Part shown: positions 63,715-64,000 of the stretch, one piece after another
How positions within the stretch are numbered: the first letter of the stretch is position 1
Layout of the letters: each line of letters starts with the position of its first letter
Assembly (NCBI GenBank): GCA_963725665.1
Contig: CAVRZA010000011.1
Location: forward strand, 256,001 to 320,000
Source of the DNA: an uncultured Actinomycetes bacterium
GTDB lineage: Bacteria; Actinomycetota; Thermoleophilia; UBA2241
Reading direction: 5' to 3'
Length of the DNA: 64,000 nt
The notes under the pieces: generated by a model
Database searches by the model: none
Told to the model about the DNA's origin: nothing
What the model saw: the letters and a program-made list of their open reading frames with translations, nothing else
Made by a program: the position numbers and the translations under genes

Positions 63715-64000
63715 CTACTCCGCATTGCCGAGGAGCGCCTCGAGCGCCGCGACGACCTCCGGATCGAACTGCGTGCCGGCGCAGCGGCGCAGCTCCTCGA
63801 GCGCCTGGTGTTCTGAGAGCGGCGGCCGGAAGGGGCGTTCGACAAGCATGGCGTTGTACGCGCAGGCGACGGCCACGACGCGGGCGGCGAGCGGTATCTG
63901 CTCGGCGGCAAGACCCGCCGGGTACCCCGTGCCATCGAAGTGCTCGTGATGCGAGGCGATGGCGTTCGCCACCTCGTTCGAACCACCGAGCTGTCGCAGC
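63715..64000 (-). CDS. HD-GYP domain protein, C-terminal part (starts beyond window)
   Basis: SHHEHFDGTGYP.GL...IPL.AR, RPFR, GTQFDP. Confidence 0.85.
   Translation of the reverse strand, partial: LRQLGGSNEVANAIASHHEHFDGTGYPAGLAAEQIPLAARVVAVACAYNAMLVERPFRPPLSEHQALEELRRCAGTQFDPEVVAALEALLGNAE

Overview
High-GC (~70%) bacterial chromosome segment spanning the replication origin (DnaA-box cluster, dnaA-dnaN-S4-recF-dciA-gyrB-gyrA). Gene content and leaderless starts suggest a deep-branching, probably anaerobic actinobacterium such as Thermoleophilia (inference). The most novel part is a ~29 kb amine/amino-acid catabolic island (2.8-31.6 kb). It contains a pyrrolysine-free MtmB-family methyltransferase (Tyr at the Pyl position) with its corrinoid protein, a divergent HisB-like enzyme, HisC, IorAB, a PaaK-like CoA ligase and three class III aminotransferases. 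It also has three pyrrolysine-free MttB-family paralogues, a corrinoid activator, KamA/Kce/Kat-like lysine-fermentation enzymes, a racemase and transporters. The best reading is an undescribed route for demethylating and fermenting N-methylated amines or amino acids (methyl-lysine-type and imidazole/aryl-amine-type substrates). Other notable items: a GHKL-ATPase-wHTH gene between the oriC box cluster and dnaA, a TPP riboswitch with a two-hairpin insertion, and an orphan FlgM-like gene with a sigma28-type promoter. There is also a type I R-M scar next to a glycosylase-like ORF, a glycine-riboswitch operon (plant HPR1-like reductase, aminotransferase, GcvT-SHMT fusion, glycerate kinase), and a perfect 31-bp palindrome. 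At least five single-base frameshifts at short homopolymers are most likely sequencing errors. All family assignments come from motif recognition by eye; no database searches were run.
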